From contig JASGKS010000001.1 in the NCBI GenBank assembly GCA_047600485.1, forward strand, positions 6,848,259 through 6,912,258: a DNA stretch of 64,000 nt. The letters run 5' to 3'. This document shows, piece by piece, positions 62,762 through 64,000 of this stretch. Origin of the DNA: Archangium sp. GTDB lineage: Bacteria; Myxococcota; Myxococcia; Myxococcales; Myxococcaceae. Each line of letters begins with the position of its first letter. The stretch's first letter is position 1. The notes under the pieces were generated by a model, which saw only the letters and a list, made by a program, of their open reading frames with translations, had not been told where the DNA came from and searched no databases. Both the position numbers and the translations under genes were made by a program.

Positions 62762-64000
62762 ATGAACTTCCAAGCCAAAACAATCCTGGGGGCAGTCGTC
62801 GTAGCGATGCTGAGCGCGTGTCCGCCCAACCCGACACCCGATGGCGGCGCAGGCGGAGGCTCGGGCGGCGGCGGAGGCGTGACTGGCGGTGGCGGCGGCG
62901 GAGGCGATGACGCCGGCACCGGCGGCGGCGGTGGCGCTGGTGGTGGAAGCGGCGGCGGCTCGGGTGGTGGAAGCGGTGGCGGTAGCGGCGGAGGCATGGG
63001 TGGCGGCATGGGCGGCGGTATGGGTGGCAGTGGCGGCAGCGGCGGTGGCGGCGGCGTGACCGGCCCCATCCTCTCGCGCGTCTCGCGCTCGACTCCGGTG
63101 GACATCACCGAGAACGACACCCTCATCGCAATGGTGAACCAGGACAGCAACTCGCTGTCGTTCTTCTCGTCGGCGACGAAGACGCGCACCGCGTCGGTGA
63201 ACTTCGCGAACGACTCGATGCCGGTGTCGGTCGTCCTTCACCCTGACGGCACGACGGCGTTCGTCGCGCTGCGCCGCTCCGGTGAGCTGGCGAAGGTGAC
63301 GGCCATCGACACCATCAACCCGGTCGTCTCGGGCACGCGTGCGACGGTCGGCGCGGAGCCGACGGGCGTGGCGCTCACTCCGAGCGGCGCGGTCGCCGTG
63401 GTCGCGAACTTCAACGAAGGCACGCTGAGCTTCGTCGACACCGCGAGCATGAGCGTGATGGGCACGGCGAACGTCGGCGGCAACCCGCGCGCGCTGGTCA
63501 TCAGCAACGACGGCGACACCGACGACTTCGACGAGAAAATCTACGTGACGCAGTTCTACGGCGAGGCCACCGCTGAGATGAGCGACAGCGGCCGCGTCGG
63601 AAAGGTGCAGGTGGTCGACGTCAACACCCGCTCCGTCACCGCCACCATTTCACTGCAGCCCATCGCGGACACCGGCTTCAACGTCGCCCTCCCCGACGGC
63701 GGGCCGGGAACCAACGTGGGCTGCGGCATCAACCAGCTGTTCTCCATCACGCTCAACAACGGCAAGGGCTACGTGACGAGCGTGTGCGCCGCGCCGCAGG
63801 GCCCGGTGTTCAAGTTCACCAACGTGTTCGCCGCGGTGTCGGTGTTCGACACGGCGACCAACACCGAAGACACGGGCATCGCGGGCACGGCGGCGTTGAG
63901 CAAGCTCGTCGCGGCGCAGGGCACCTCGACCTCGAACCTCCTCGGCGTTCCCATCGGCATCGACTTCAAGCCGAACAGCAACGTGGCGTACGTCATCTCG
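62762..64000 (+). CDS. Lipoprotein with a long Gly-rich linker and YVTN-family beta-propeller repeats; 3'-partial at window end
   Basis: MNFQAKTILGAVVVAMLSACPPNP, then about 70 aa of GGGSGGG/GGGMGGG, then repeats such as ..VVLHPDGTTAFVALRRSGELAKV.., ..VALTPSGAVAVVANFNEGTLSFVD.. and ..RALVISNDGD... There is no stop in the window, so it is absent from the ORF track. Confidence 0.65.
   Translation, partial: MNFQAKTILGAVVVAMLSACPPNPTPDGGAGGGSGGGGGVTGGGGGGGDDAGTGGGGGAGGGSGGGSGGGSGGGSGGGMGGGMGGGMGGSGGSGGGGGVTGPILSRVSRSTPVDITENDTLIAMVNQDSNSLSFFSSATKTRTASVNFANDSMPVSVVLHPDGTTAFVALRRSGELAKVTAIDTINPVVSGTRATVGAEPTGVALTPSGAVAVVANFNEGTLSFVDTASMSVMGTANVGGNPRALVISNDGDTDDFDEKIYVTQFYGEATAEMSDSGRVGKVQVVDVNTRSVTATISLQPIADTGFNVALPDGGPGTNVGCGINQLFSITLNNGKGYVTSVCAAPQGPVFKFTNVFAAVSVFDTATNTEDTGIAGTAALSKLVAAQGTSTSNLLGVPIGIDFKPNSNVAYVIS

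Noticed and set aside
1-64000. CRISPR arrays, rRNA/tRNA genes, IS elements and integrases
   Set aside because: There are no direct-repeat/spacer arrays. The nine dispersed repeats are unique-flanked and not regularly spaced. There is no clover-leaf-like tRNA candidate in the few lower-GC intergenic regions inspected (1741-1866, 23300-23540, 36154-36215). No transposase or integrase-like ORF was found.

Overview
This is a high-GC (roughly 68-70% by eye) chromosomal segment that looks Myxococcota-like. The evidence is four eukaryotic-like Ser/Thr kinases (three with PEGA or PilZ modules), a giant protein built from Myxococcus-type cysteine-rich repeats, a protein with thrombospondin type 3 (TSP3) repeats and a MYXO-CTERM-like sorting tail, an FHA-domain sigma-54 enhancer-binding protein, and many lipoproteins. 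I found no rRNA, tRNA or CRISPR. Genes are tightly packed, with many ATGA/GTGA stop-start overlaps.

Content from left to right:
- kup (3'-partial, minus strand), divergent from a short KdpD-type kinase and KdpE, followed by a putative porin.
- An SGNH hydrolase, then a hypothetical protein coupled to a trigger-factor-like chaperone, then DoxX and HxlR.
- LysR divergent from a diiron protein and a START-like protein, then a large lipoprotein.
- A 4-gene coupled minus-strand operon: DUF4139-like, DUF4139-like, SGNH paralog, lipoprotein.
- A parDE-like toxin-antitoxin pair with its own sigma-70-like promoter, then an alpha/beta hydrolase.
- A Gly-rich lipoprotein and a DUF3857/TPR/transglutaminase-like giant.
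- A minus-strand operon of Ser/Thr kinase, 1659-aa Cys-rich repeat protein and OmpA(TSP3).
- An RsuA-like pseudouridine synthase.
- A ~12 kb co-directional minus-strand string: PilZ-kinase, PEGA-kinase, PAS hybrid histidine kinase, TSP3/MYXO-CTERM protein, TerB-like, frameshifted TonB-dependent receptor, two lipoproteins, PBP-transpeptidase.
- A PPP-like phosphatase, a 1359-aa kinase, GH20 hexosaminidase and TetR.
- An SDR-PEGA-lipoprotein operon, the FHA sigma-54 enhancer-binding protein, and a partial YVTN beta-propeller lipoprotein.

The most unusual non-genic signal is a family of nine ~40-bp palindromic repeats with a G-quadruplex-capable arm. They sit almost exclusively just 3' of stop codons in a fixed orientation, and several are fused in-frame into ORF ends.

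The printed position labels appear to be +1 relative to the ORF-track coordinates between roughly 5.2 kb and 12 kb. ORF-track coordinates are used throughout.
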